A stretch of 35,210 bases of DNA from a virus (lineage: Duplodnaviria > Caudoviricetes), in IMG/VR virus record IMGVR_UViG_3300037706_000003, positions 1-35,210 of that record. One strand, given 5' to 3'. Position numbers and translations under genes: made by a program. Numbering within the stretch: the stretch's first letter is position 1; every line of letters starts with the position of its first letter. Below are positions 25,077-34,116 of this stretch, one piece after another. The notes under the pieces were generated by a model. That model ran no database searches. It was not told the origin of the DNA and saw only the letters and a list, made by a program, of their open reading frames with translations.

Positions 25077-27127
25077 TGGCCACTATCGAAGAGCTTGAAA
25101 ATGGGCTACGCAAGGCGCACGCAGCAGGGAATACCGACCATGCGCGTGCGTTCGCTAACGAGATTCGGAGGATGCGTGATTCTGCCCCCGACTTCTCCAA
25201 TGTGCAGAGTCGTGTAGAGACTCGGCAAGGGATGCCGCAACAGCCCATAGACCCCACTGAGGGGATGAGCGGATACGAGCGCTTCATGGCGGGCGCGGGA
25301 AAGTCTGTAATGGACTCCTACCGTGGCCTTAAGCAAATGTCTACGCAGAACTGGCTTCAAGGTGCTCGGGCGCTTTCCGGGCTTGCAGGCGCTGTTGGGG
25401 CAGAGGGCGCGCAGCAGTTTATTGATCGTCGTGCCGGGAAGCCCATCGCTGAGTCATTGGCGGCGCAGCAGGCTGAAATTGATGAGTCCAAGCGTCTTGA
25501 TGCACCGCTTATGGACACGGGCGCAGGGTTTGCTGGGAACGTGGCAGGCTATGGCGCGCAAATTGTTGGGCCGGGGTTGGCCGTGCGTGGGACTACTGCT
25601 GCAGGCGCATTTCTCCCTGCAACAATTAGGGGGAATATTGCTCAAGGTGCAGTGCTTGGGACGGCTCAGCCGACGGCTACTGGAGAGAGCCGAGCCGCTA
25701 ATGCAGCGCTGGGCGCTGCCGGTGGCGCTGGAGGGGCGTTGCTAGGCCGCGCTCTGTCGGGGGTTGGGACTGCGGGATTGAATGCAATCCGTGGACTCCG
25801 CGGGACATCCCTTACAATCGCTGAAGCTCGTGCTGGCCGGGCGATTATGGATGAGTCGGCCACTGGGCTACAGAACCTAATGCAAGTGCAGCCATCCGCC
25901 GTCCCTGGAGTTCGCCGGACGCTGGGTGAAGAGACCCTAGACCCTGGCGTCACGAACCTTGAACGGATCGCTCGGCAGCAAACCCCGCAGGCGTTCCAGC
26001 CGCAGGATATTGCGAACAATGCAGCTCGGGTTCGGGCGCTGCAGAATATTGCAGGGACCGATGCTGACATGGCCGCCGCCGAGGCGGCCCGGAGAGAAGC
26101 GACCGGAGAACTACGCGAGCGAGCGTTTGCTGAGGGCGAAGATGCAACGGCGGCGGCCATGCGATCCGGATTCACTCCGGCGCAGAATGTTTCTCGACTT
26201 CGAGATCAAATCGCAACGCTGGCTCAGCAGCAAGGTGGCCGCCGGTCAGTGCAGCGAGCACTCAATGATGTTGTCGCTGAACTTGACGATGCTGCGCCAT
26301 CGGTTCGAGGACTCTACAACGTCCGGAAGTCGATTAATGACCTAATCGAGGGCCGCGCCGGATCAGATCGAAGCTATGCTCAGGCCGCAACTTCAGAGCT
26401 GTTGGACGCCCGGCGTATGCTGGACGAGGAAGTCGCTAATCTGGCGCCGTCATTCGGGGAATACCTGACAGCCTTCCAGAACATGTCGCAGCCGATCAAC
26501 CGCATGCAGGTCGGGAGAGAATTGATTGAGCGAGGGTCGGCTCGAGCGCGCGACGCTTCTGGTGTCCCTCGCCTGACTCCGGGCCAATTTGAGGGCCTAG
26601 CCGGAGACCTTGACACATTGGCGCAACGCGCTACTGGGTTCCGACGCGCTCGGGCCGAGAACATTCTGACAGCCGATCACATATCTTCCATCCGGTCGAT
26701 TCAGGATGATCTTCGGAGAATGTTCCAGCGAGACACGATGCCAGGGCGGGGATCGCCCACCTATGGATTGCAGGAAGGAGGCCGACGGGTTGCACGTCGT
26801 GCGGCAAGGGCAGTAGCGGCAGTTACTCCGGGAGGGAACTACATCTCCGAACTTGCTGCCGCCCTAGAGGCCGGTCTGGATCAGCGAGTGAAAGAACGCA
26901 TAGCGTACCTACTAGCGAATCCAGATGAGGCTAGGCGTGTGATTGGGGCGCTCAACCAACAGGATCGACGAGCCGTTCGTAATGCACTGATGGCTATCTC
27001 CGCCCGCTTTGGAAGCAGCGCCGGCGCTTCCGGAGCCGAAAGGCCGCCCGTTGAGCTGACTATTAGGGGCGGGACTCCGGGGGAGGCGGTTTCAGAGGCT
27101 GAACTGCGTGCACTTCGGCAACGTTGA
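25076..27127 (+). CDS. DNA ejection protein (gp16-like by position)
   Basis: 683 aa, Ala/Gly-rich with membrane-like glycine stretches; synteny. Confidence 0.7.
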   Translation: MATIEELENGLRKAHAAGNTDHARAFANEIRRMRDSAPDFSNVQSRVETRQGMPQQPIDPTEGMSGYERFMAGAGKSVMDSYRGLKQMSTQNWLQGARALSGLAGAVGAEGAQQFIDRRAGKPIAESLAAQQAEIDESKRLDAPLMDTGAGFAGNVAGYGAQIVGPGLAVRGTTAAGAFLPATIRGNIAQGAVLGTAQPTATGESRAANAALGAAGGAGGALLGRALSGVGTAGLNAIRGLRGTSLTIAEARAGRAIMDESATGLQNLMQVQPSAVPGVRRTLGEETLDPGVTNLERIARQQTPQAFQPQDIANNAARVRALQNIAGTDADMAAAEAARREATGELRERAFAEGEDATAAAMRSGFTPAQNVSRLRDQIATLAQQQGGRRSVQRALNDVVAELDDAAPSVRGLYNVRKSINDLIEGRAGSDRSYAQAATSELLDARRMLDEEVANLAPSFGEYLTAFQNMSQPINRMQVGRELIERGSARARDASGVPRLTPGQFEGLAGDLDTLAQRATGFRRARAENILTADHISSIRSIQDDLRRMFQRDTMPGRGSPTYGLQEGGRRVARRAARAVAAVTPGGNYISELAAALEAGLDQRVKERIAYLLANPDEARRVIGALNQQDRRAVRNALMAISARFGSSAGASGAERPPVELTIRGGTPGEAVSEAELRALRQR

Positions 27128-27317
27128 CTCGGTTGCGCGATTGCCATGGTTCGTAAGCCCAAGGGCCGTGATCTTCGCCATATGAACGGAACAGGAGCCG
27201 CTTGATTCGGCCATCTGGTAGCCGCTTCCACATCAGCCACACGGGCACGTATACGAGAAAGCAGAAAGCCACGTATATCAGCGGACCAGTCAGCATCGCA
27301 ATTAGTAGCCCCTTCAT
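27063..27317 (-). CDS. Antisense-oriented membrane protein (possible superinfection exclusion moron)
   Basis: Hydrophobic N-terminal ~30 aa; convergent with, and overlapping the end of, the gp16-like gene. Confidence 0.5.
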   Translation of the reverse strand: MKGLLIAMLTGPLIYVAFCFLVYVPVWLMWKRLPDGRIKRLLFRSYGEDHGPWAYEPWQSRNRVNVAEVHAVQPLKPPPPESRP

Positions 27318-27360
27318 TCTTCGAACCTATCACATCCACGCTTTCATTTGGAGTGCCTGA

Positions 27361-28200
27361 ATGGCCGCCTTTCGCTTCTTCAACCCAGCCCCCGTCTACT
27401 ACGGCCTGCTAGGCATCGACCCAGTCGCAGGGGGTTCTCTGACATTCTACGACCTCGGGACCACGAACCCTCGCAACACGTGGTCGGATGCCGACCTGAC
27501 CACGCTGAACACGAACCCGGTGCCGCTGGATAGCTCGGGCCGATCGAACGTGAACATCTTCCTAGACGGCGAGTATTCGGTGCTACTGAAAGACGCTGAG
27601 GGAGCTACCATCTGGACCCGTGACGTCATTTCCGGCGCAGAGGCAGGGCAGACTATCCCCCCGCTGGAGCCAAACGAGTTCCTGACGAATGACGGCGTGA
27701 ACCTCCTATGGCAGCCGGTCCGCGAAATGCCGGACCCGACGGGATCAACAAACCAGTATCCGGTGACCAATGGCAGCGGCTACACGCTGACCAATGTTCC
27801 GGAGCCAGAGCCGCCGCCGGACCCTGACATTACGGTTGACGAGGTTGCACGGCTGTTCACGGCTGGAATTTCAAGCGACCCAACGAAACTGGTGATGGTC
27901 AGTGGCACTGGGCAGGCTCCGGCCAGTGGGTCCTACACCACGTCCGCATCGATCAGCTTCCCCGATCCTTTTGACACCTTGTGGAATGTGATCATTACGG
28001 TCACCACAGATCGCGTAACAAACGCAGACACTGGCTGGCTGCCTGCGCAGTCTGTTACAGGCTGGACCCCCGGAAGCGGCGCATCGGGCGCAACGGTCAA
28101 CTTCACCCTGACCGAGGATGATCCAGGGCCGCCCACCACGTTTACCAGCCCCGTTCCGTTTGCATGGACCGCCATCGGCACCCGTGAGATAGAGCCCTGA
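27361..28200 (+). CDS. Tail spike/fibre protein with head-binding-like N-domain
   Basis: PVAGGSLTFYDLGTT...NTNPVPLDSSGR..IFLDGEYSVLLKD; C-terminal lectin-like ISFPDPF...FAWTAIG. Confidence 0.8.
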   Translation: MAAFRFFNPAPVYYGLLGIDPVAGGSLTFYDLGTTNPRNTWSDADLTTLNTNPVPLDSSGRSNVNIFLDGEYSVLLKDAEGATIWTRDVISGAEAGQTIPPLEPNEFLTNDGVNLLWQPVREMPDPTGSTNQYPVTNGSGYTLTNVPEPEPPPDPDITVDEVARLFTAGISSDPTKLVMVSGTGQAPASGSYTTSASISFPDPFDTLWNVIITVTTDRVTNADTGWLPAQSVTGWTPGSGASGATVNFTLTEDDPGPPTTFTSPVPFAWTAIGTREIEP

Positions 28201-29222
28201 TGGCAGCTAACCCGATCCTGCCCCGTGCACAGTCGGTCATTTCAGATGGCCGAGGCGTGACCACGAAGGAGTGGTACGACTTTTTCCTGTCCCTGCTGCG
28301 GTTCGTGGGCGAGGAGGAGAGTCAGGCCGCCCTCATTCAGGACATCCTGAACCGGCTCAAGGCGCTAGAGGACGAGGAAGACCCGCAAGATGCCATCATC
28401 CAAGGGCTGCGCTCGATTCAGGTCAACGGAACCCTTGAGAACGGCCTGGTTCAGATCACGCTGAAAGGCGATGCCGCCAATCCTGGTAACACCTACTACT
28501 ACGGCACCGGGCCGGATGGTGTGCGCGGATTCTATCCAGTGGCGGATGCGCTGGTGCAGGGCGATGGGATCACACTGACAGTGGGTTCGGATGGCAAGAT
28601 CACGATCGCCCACGCCGACACCTCATCCGTAGCCGACATATCGGCCAGCTTTACTGGCGGCACGGTGCCGGACCAGATCGCGCTGACCTTCGACGAGTTC
28701 GGCCACGTCCTCACGAGAACGATTAGCGGAAGGACGCTTGACCACAACGATACCGGCGGATTGCAGGGCGGCAATGCTACCGAGCGTTATCACTTCACCG
28801 CAGCCGAGCATGATGGGTTAGTGCCGTGGGCGAGTGAGGATGTGGCAGACCACTTGCCGACTGCCACAGGGTCATGGTCGCCAACCTTTACCCCAACTTC
28901 CAACATAGATGGCACTCCGACGGTTGATGGAACTGCTCGATTCTTTCGCGTCGGAGATATGCTGTCGTGCATACTACGTGTCAGCATGGATCCGACTACG
29001 GCAGGAAGCCAGTGTGTTTGCAGGGTGTCACTTCCCGTGCCTTCGACATTCTCAGCGTCTGGCGACTGTATCGGACATGTCGGATTGTCCACAAATACAG
29101 GCGTGGCTGTAGCTGGCGAGGTCAGGGCAAACATCGGAAACAACGAGGCGCAGATTCAATTCATTGCCGGCGATACGACTTCACGCGGGTATCAGGTCGA
29201 ATTTACCTATGTAGTGCTATAG
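28200..29222 (+). CDS. Tail needle/fibre protein
   Basis: ILPR...TKEWYDFF N-terminus, short coiled coil, HNDTGGLQGG..ERYH, C-terminal GSWSPT..RVGD..VSLPVP knob. Confidence 0.75.
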   Translation: MAANPILPRAQSVISDGRGVTTKEWYDFFLSLLRFVGEEESQAALIQDILNRLKALEDEEDPQDAIIQGLRSIQVNGTLENGLVQITLKGDAANPGNTYYYGTGPDGVRGFYPVADALVQGDGITLTVGSDGKITIAHADTSSVADISASFTGGTVPDQIALTFDEFGHVLTRTISGRTLDHNDTGGLQGGNATERYHFTAAEHDGLVPWASEDVADHLPTATGSWSPTFTPTSNIDGTPTVDGTARFFRVGDMLSCILRVSMDPTTAGSQCVCRVSLPVPSTFSASGDCIGHVGLSTNTGVAVAGEVRANIGNNEAQIQFIAGDTTSRGYQVEFTYVVL

Positions 29223-29284
29223 GGTCATCGTGCACCGCCAGGACGAGATAGAGGCCCGGCTGGCTGCGTTGGAGGCGTAGACTT

Positions 29285-29464
29285 TTACTCCCGAGTCCCA
29301 TCCACTTGAAGTTGTCTGGCAATCCAATCCTGCGTTGCCTGATACTTCCAATCACTCGGCTCCCACCGATTGACCAGCGTGCCATCGGGCAGCTTGTAGA
29401 CGCTCACGCCATCGTAGATTCCGCGTATTTCTATGTAGACGGTTCCTTCGGGGAGGTCAATCAT
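29285..29464 (-). CDS. Hypothetical protein (59 aa)
   Basis: ATG within the junction repeat with GGAG RBS; IEIRGIYDGVSVY..DGTLVNRW. Confidence 0.65.
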   Translation of the reverse strand: MIDLPEGTVYIEIRGIYDGVSVYKLPDGTLVNRWEPSDWKYQATQDWIARQLQVDGTRE

Positions 29465-30623
29465 GGCTCGACTCCATTGCGGCGTCGATCGCTGCGCGAA
29501 AATCATCCAATGTTGGGTCGCGGTCGAAGTACTCCATGTCGGCGTCCAGCCAGTCATTCAGCACGCGCGTCGGTATGCGATTCAAAATCTCCAGCAGCCT
29601 TCGGGAATCATCCATCGCGGACAGATTGCTGTCTCCTTTGGTGAGGGCTGCGGTTAAAATAAGACGCACTCGGGACTCTGGAATGGAGGCTCCGTACTCC
29701 TCAGCATCAGCATCCATTGCCCGCTCCACCATCGCATCATCTACCACGGGCGCAGCAGCGGCAGGGGGGTTGGGCTTGCAGCAGCCGTAGCCTTCGTTCT
29801 CCGGGCATGAGGATGGTTCTCCGCTGCACTCGGGGTAATCTGCGGCAGGTGATGGGGTGGCGGAGAGCATGGTGAAAATCTTCGCTTGGTGGGCTTTTAC
29901 TTCGGCTTCCTGTCGCTCGGTCAGACCACCGTCGTCTTCCCATCCCCACGTCAGCATCTGTGCTGCCAGATCGACATCGACACGCCACCCCTCCGGCACC
30001 CGCTGGCTGGCAGGTTGTTCGCGGAGGGCTTTGATAGCTGCATCTGCACACGATCTGCCGTAAGCGAACAGGTCATTCTCTCGCCACACTTCGGCCTTAA
30101 CTCGCTCACCATCCTCGGCGTAAGTGACAGTGGTCTCCGTCCATGCTGGCGGCTTATCAGGCCACGGCGGCAGCACGTCCAAATCTCCGGAATCCCGCAC
30201 AGCATCACCGGCAACAGGCTGCGGAACGTCCTCAATTCCGAATGATCCTGCGCGAATTTCCACGCCAGCCTCTTTTGAGGCCATGCGCTGCGACCAGTCG
30301 CGCAGGGGCTCACTATCAGGCTGTTGGGCTGGGTAAGCGATAACATCCTCGGTCACCACTTTGCGAGGCCAATCGCAGAACCCGAAACCATCGTTGAAGA
30401 GCGACGCAGAGAACCTGTAGTGATCACCTTCGCGCCACGCTACAGGCTCCCCGCCTGCAGTGGCGGACAGGGCGGCTTCGATGGCGCGTATTGCTGCACT
30501 TCTATTTTTCTGAATGATCGGACGCTTTCGGATTGAGTCGGCGGCCTTGAGAAGGCCCTCAGCTTCATACTCCGCCGCCAACAACTCCCGCGCCCGCTGG
30601 CGCACGTCTGTTTTGTTGTTCAT
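29457..30623 (-). CDS. Mosaic ea-region-type early protein (388 aa)
   Basis: Patchwork of recurrent short modules (RARELLAAEY, GEPVAW, VPEGW, YPECSG..CPENEGYGCC, PVVDDAMVERA, AAIDAAM). Confidence 0.8.
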   Translation of the reverse strand: MNNKTDVRQRARELLAAEYEAEGLLKAADSIRKRPIIQKNRSAAIRAIEAALSATAGGEPVAWREGDHYRFSASLFNDGFGFCDWPRKVVTEDVIAYPAQQPDSEPLRDWSQRMASKEAGVEIRAGSFGIEDVPQPVAGDAVRDSGDLDVLPPWPDKPPAWTETTVTYAEDGERVKAEVWRENDLFAYGRSCADAAIKALREQPASQRVPEGWRVDVDLAAQMLTWGWEDDGGLTERQEAEVKAHQAKIFTMLSATPSPAADYPECSGEPSSCPENEGYGCCKPNPPAAAAPVVDDAMVERAMDADAEEYGASIPESRVRLILTAALTKGDSNLSAMDDSRRLLEILNRIPTRVLNDWLDADMEYFDRDPTLDDFRAAIDAAMESSHD

Positions 30624-30847
30624 GCCTTCTCTCCCTGCACGCGGGCGAGGGCAGTGCGGATCCGGCGAAGTTTGTGCGGAGTTCCCGGAATGCTCGGCTC
30701 TGTCATTCCATCAAAATCACACAATGCGTCAATCAGCTCGGACACGGCGGCGCGGGTCAGGCGCATGTCTCGGTCGGTTGGGAAACACTTGCATTTTCGA
30801 TCCAGCACCGCCAGAACATCCACCGCCTTCGTGTCGTTCGTGTTCAT
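30620..30847 (-). CDS. Hypothetical protein (MNTNDTKAVDVLAV...), shares its C-terminus with 707..865
   Basis: GGAGG RBS; ATGA coupling on both sides. Confidence 0.7.
   Translation of the reverse strand: MNTNDTKAVDVLAVLDRKCKCFPTDRDMRLTRAAVSELIDALCDFDGMTEPSIPGTPHKLRRIRTALARVQGEKA
30631..30727. repeat. 97-bp perfect direct repeat, copy 2
   Basis: Identical to 718-814. Confidence 0.97.
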
Positions 30848-31380
30848 GCGGCCCTCCATTCGGCGATAGCTGCATCGAACGCAAGCGATATGCGGATAGC
30901 GGTCTCGCACATGGAGAGCGTGGCGAGGCCAGAACGCGGTCCGGGGAACAACGGGGCGCACCCATTGGCGGACCGGCGCCATGCCAGGCGGTCGCGCAAC
31001 TTCAGAACTGCGGCCCGGCGCTTGCGGGCGTTGGCCGGTGGCAGGTCTTCGGGGTGATCCGCCCGGGTGTACGGCGCGGCGTCATGTTCGAACTGCGCGC
31101 GCAGGCTGGACTTCAGCGGCGCGCCCTTGCGCGAACTCAGGAACAGGTGGGCGTAGGGATGCAGCCGGCCGGCGATGGCCCGGGCCGCGTCTGCGACAGC
31201 GTTGTGGGTGCGGTAGCAATTCGACAGCGTGCCGCCGTAGGGGTGGTGGCTGGTTGTGACCGGCGCAGCGCCGGAAATGCGCCACATGCGGCGGGCCGCG
31301 GCCAATCGCTGGCGAGCCGGCAGGCGGTCGAAGCGGTCGAGGTTGATGCCCGGCGCGCGAGCGCAGTTCAGGGTGCTCAT
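30844..31380 (-). CDS. Hypothetical Arg/Ala-rich protein (178 aa)
   Basis: ATGA-coupled to both neighbours; no family recognised. Confidence 0.6.
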   Translation of the reverse strand: MSTLNCARAPGINLDRFDRLPARQRLAAARRMWRISGAAPVTTSHHPYGGTLSNCYRTHNAVADAARAIAGRLHPYAHLFLSSRKGAPLKSSLRAQFEHDAAPYTRADHPEDLPPANARKRRAAVLKLRDRLAWRRSANGCAPLFPGPRSGLATLSMCETAIRISLAFDAAIAEWRAA

Positions 31381-31829
31381 GCCGCACCGCCTTCGGCGGT
31401 CAAAGAGGCAGAGGACTGACGCGCGGGACCGCGGACGGCGCGGACGCGGCTGCTGCTGTCGCGGTGGGAGATGTGGGAATTGCCGTAGCCGCCGCCGACA
31501 ATCCAGGCGTAGGCGGAAGGGTGCTCATCCTCCGAAGCGTCGTCGGTCGAAGTCCAGTACCACTCCGACTTGCAGGACGGGAAAAACTCGGTATCGATCG
31601 CCGGGTTGTAACGGCTGCGGTCGTGCAGCAGGAACAGCTCCTCAACCTCCGGCAAGCGCCAGTCGGTGAAGCCGCCGAATTTCTGCTCGTTGAGCTTGGC
31701 GACCGCGGCCAATGCGTCGTCGTGATCGACGGGCTTTTCGGTCACATCGTCGGCGGTCCAATACAGGCCGCGCGCGAGTTCGTGGACGATACCCTCAGCA
31801 TGGTGGGTGAAACGGGATTGTTCGCTCAT
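31377..31829 (-). CDS. DUF1566 (Lcl/CLec-fold) protein 1, DGR-target-like
   Basis: GGAGG RBS; GLYW, GGFTDWRLPEVEEL, PAIDTEFFP, WYWTST, AWIV..YG..RVRAVR. Confidence 0.9.
   Translation of the reverse strand: MSEQSRFTHHAEGIVHELARGLYWTADDVTEKPVDHDDALAAVAKLNEQKFGGFTDWRLPEVEELFLLHDRSRYNPAIDTEFFPSCKSEWYWTSTDDASEDEHPSAYAWIVGGGYGNSHISHRDSSSRVRAVRGPARQSSASLTAEGGAA
31416..31517 (-). repeat. DGR variable-repeat-like region VR1
   Basis: Ungapped 102-nt alignment with 34120-34221; 22 mismatches, none at a third codon position. Confidence 0.8.
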
Positions 31830-31922
31830 GGCGCCCTCCAGGGCAGCTGAAAAAGAGTTGGTTACCTGCTTGCGCACAAGTCGGCAGGCGCGACCACCGA
31901 GACCCGGTGCGCTCGGGGTGTC

Positions 31923-32354
31923 CTAGAACGGGATGTCGTCGTCAGCGAAGTCATCGGCGACATCATTCGCCGGGGGAGCCTCACTGCGTGCGGGCCTGGC
32001 GTCCGAGCGCTCCGAACGGTTCTGGCCGCCCAGCATCTGCATCTCGTCGGCGATGATGTCGGTGGTGTAGCGCTCGACGCCTTCCCGGTCCGTGTATTTT
32101 CCGTAGCGGATCGAACCCTCGACGTAGACCTGCGTGCCTTTCCGCAGGTACTCGCCGGCGATCTCGCCGAGCCTCCCGAAGAACGTCACCCGATGCCATT
32201 CGGTGCGCTCGGTCTGGTCGCCATCGCGGTTCTTGCGCACGCTGGAGGTGGCGAGACTGGCCTTTGTGACAGCCATTCCGCCCTGGGTGTACTTGGTCTC
32301 AGGATCGTTGCCGAGGTTGCCGACCAGGATCACTTTGTTGATGCCGCGCGCCAT
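31923..32354 (-). CDS. ssb: Single-stranded DNA-binding protein
   Basis: MARGINKVILVGNLGNDPE...TEWHRV...DDDIPF. Confidence 0.97.
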   Translation of the reverse strand: MARGINKVILVGNLGNDPETKYTQGGMAVTKASLATSSVRKNRDGDQTERTEWHRVTFFGRLGEIAGEYLRKGTQVYVEGSIRYGKYTDREGVERYTTDIIADEMQMLGGQNRSERSDARPARSEAPPANDVADDFADDDIPF

Positions 32355-33025
32355 CAGGCAGCCCTCCTGTTCATTTCGAAGATGATTGCTTGGACCTCAT
32401 CCCATGCGCTCAGGCAGTCACGCTTCAGACGGGCGATGAACTCGTTGTCGCGATGGACACGCTGGACGTAGAGCTTCAGGTGGTCCGGGAATTTCGGGTT
32501 GTAGGAGATGAAGTCCCAGTACAGACGCCCGGTCACCCATAGGCCGCCCTGAATCTGCTCGATGTGCTCGGGCGGCAGCCCCTCACGCAGCGTGGCGGCG
32601 TGGACAACGATCGACATGGGGCACTTGATTTCGCCCCCACCATCATTGTCGACAAGGAAGTCAGGGGAGGCGCCGATGAAGTCGTGATCGGGATGGCGCA
32701 GGAATCCCACCTGTTCGACCAGGTGTCCGGTTTTGCACTCGTAGGCCGCAATGGCCTCTGGCTCCATTTCGTGCCCGTAGTCGAGCGACTTTGCAGAAGC
32801 CTGCTCCTTCGGCTGGCCTGTCAGGATTTCAGCGACGATCTGGTCGATGTACGTTGTCCGAGCCTTCGGTGCTGGCTTCGGTTGACCCTTCTTCGCGCCG
32901 GACTTGTAGACCTCTCCCGGCGTCCATATCAGGTCGCCCATGCGCGAGGCAGTGATGCAGCCCGCGCGATCGGCATGCCATTCCTCGGTGCCCTGGTGCA
33001 AATACTCCGCTGCAGTCTCGCTCAT
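32354..33025 (-). CDS. YqaJ/lambda-exonuclease family protein
   Basis: QGTEEWHADRAGCITAS, YGHEMEPEA, IGASPDFLV, EIKCP, QIQGGLWV. Confidence 0.93.
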   Translation of the reverse strand: MSETAAEYLHQGTEEWHADRAGCITASRMGDLIWTPGEVYKSGAKKGQPKPAPKARTTYIDQIVAEILTGQPKEQASAKSLDYGHEMEPEAIAAYECKTGHLVEQVGFLRHPDHDFIGASPDFLVDNDGGGEIKCPMSIVVHAATLREGLPPEHIEQIQGGLWVTGRLYWDFISYNPKFPDHLKLYVQRVHRDNEFIARLKRDCLSAWDEVQAIIFEMNRRAA

Positions 33026-33870
33026 GACTCCGCTTCCTTGCTGGCATCACGAATTGCGCGGAGGCGTGCGGTGTAGGTGTTGCGCACGCGAGTCTTGAGC
33101 CTTGGGGGCAGCGAGTTATCGGCGGCAATGCTCTCGCCGACCTTTCGCAGTTCGGTTTCGTCGAGCGCTTCGACGATTTGGGTTTCGTAGTCTGAAACCT
33201 TGGCCATGTGCTCGTCGGTCTTGGCCGGATCGCCGAAGGTCTGGCCGTCGTCGTCTTCGTCGTAGCTGGTGATGTTGAGCAGGGCCGACGCAGTGACGCG
33301 CTTGCCGTAGCTGATGGCCGACACAACCGCCTGCGGCGCATTCTTGGACCCACTTGCGTCTGGCGCGAGTTCAACGTCGGTCGTCTCCTGGTGGCCTGCG
33401 CGGTGGGACAGGATGGCAACGACCTTGATCTTGTTGCCGTCCTGCTGAACCCGGAAGGAGAGGGCGAACCCGTACTTGCGAAGAACCGGGCCGAGGGCTT
33501 CGTTGATGTGTTCCCATTTAGCATAGGTGCTCTGCACTTGGCCGGCGTTGTTTTTGATCTGGCCTGTCCTGCGGATCGCGGGGATCTTCGACTGCATTTC
33601 CGACATCGCCTCGATGGCCTCGGCCTTGGCCTGCTCGGCGCGAATCTCCTTCTGCATAGCCCACAGGCGTTCGGCCCGGTCCATGTCGAAGTCTGGGGCG
33701 GTCAGCACGCGCTCCAGCATGGAAAGCACCTGGGCGCCCTGCTGCTGCGCGACGGTGGGCATGGCGGCGATGTGCTGTCCGGCATCAACCACTTCAGCTC
33801 CGAGCGACTGGGTGTTCGGTTCGCCGTCGATCACGTCCTCGGCGGTATTTGTGGCGGCGTTCGTGTTCAT
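33022..33870 (-). CDS. erf: ERF-family single-strand annealing protein
   Basis: YAKWEHINEALGPVLRKYG, LSHRAGHQE, SGSKNAPQAVVSAISYGKR, DDDG; start MNTNAAT at 33870. Confidence 0.88.
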   Translation of the reverse strand: MNTNAATNTAEDVIDGEPNTQSLGAEVVDAGQHIAAMPTVAQQQGAQVLSMLERVLTAPDFDMDRAERLWAMQKEIRAEQAKAEAIEAMSEMQSKIPAIRRTGQIKNNAGQVQSTYAKWEHINEALGPVLRKYGFALSFRVQQDGNKIKVVAILSHRAGHQETTDVELAPDASGSKNAPQAVVSAISYGKRVTASALLNITSYDEDDDGQTFGDPAKTDEHMAKVSDYETQIVEALDETELRKVGESIAADNSLPPRLKTRVRNTYTARLRAIRDASKEAES

Positions 33871-34079
33871 TCCTGCCCATCCCCGTTCGAGGCCGCATCC
33901 AGAACCTGCTGGCCGGAAGACAGCGCCGAAACCAGCCGCTCCTGTGTGGCGACCTCGGGCGTGTACTGCTTGCGGGCAATGAAGCGCACCGCAGCGGCGG
34001 GGTTGGTCGCACGTACCAGATGGCACGTGTTGAGGCCGGCATCGTGCACGGCGTAGATGCGTGTCTTGCTCGTGGTCAT
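33867..34079 (-). CDS. Small hypothetical protein
   Basis: TRIYAV..HLVRATNPAAAVR; ATGA coupling to erf. Confidence 0.7.
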   Translation of the reverse strand: MTTSKTRIYAVHDAGLNTCHLVRATNPAAAVRFIARKQYTPEVATQERLVSALSSGQQVLDAASNGDGQE

Positions 34080-34116
34080 GGTGTTCTCTCGGAATTGGCT
34101 GGATCAAAAATGCAAA

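Noticed and set aside
12214-29222. Stop-codon reassignment suggested by the phage tRNA-Trp
   Set aside because: The anticodon is the standard CCA, and core genes are full length under the standard code with TGA, TAG and TAA all used as stops
30844-31380. Avd accessory protein or RT fragment downstream of VR1
   Set aside because: Position fits, but the 178-aa Arg/Ala/Pro-rich sequence shows no Avd-like helical-bundle pattern or RT motifs that I can recognise
31830-31922. DGR template repeat in intergenic DNA
   Set aside because: No AAC-rich copy of the VR here or in the other intergenic gaps read (34531-34627, 866-1017, 3237-3419)
33871-34107. N-terminal extension of ERF, and of DUF1566-2 to 34770
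   Set aside because: These extensions overlap better-supported small genes and a leader stem-loop; internal starts have RBSs
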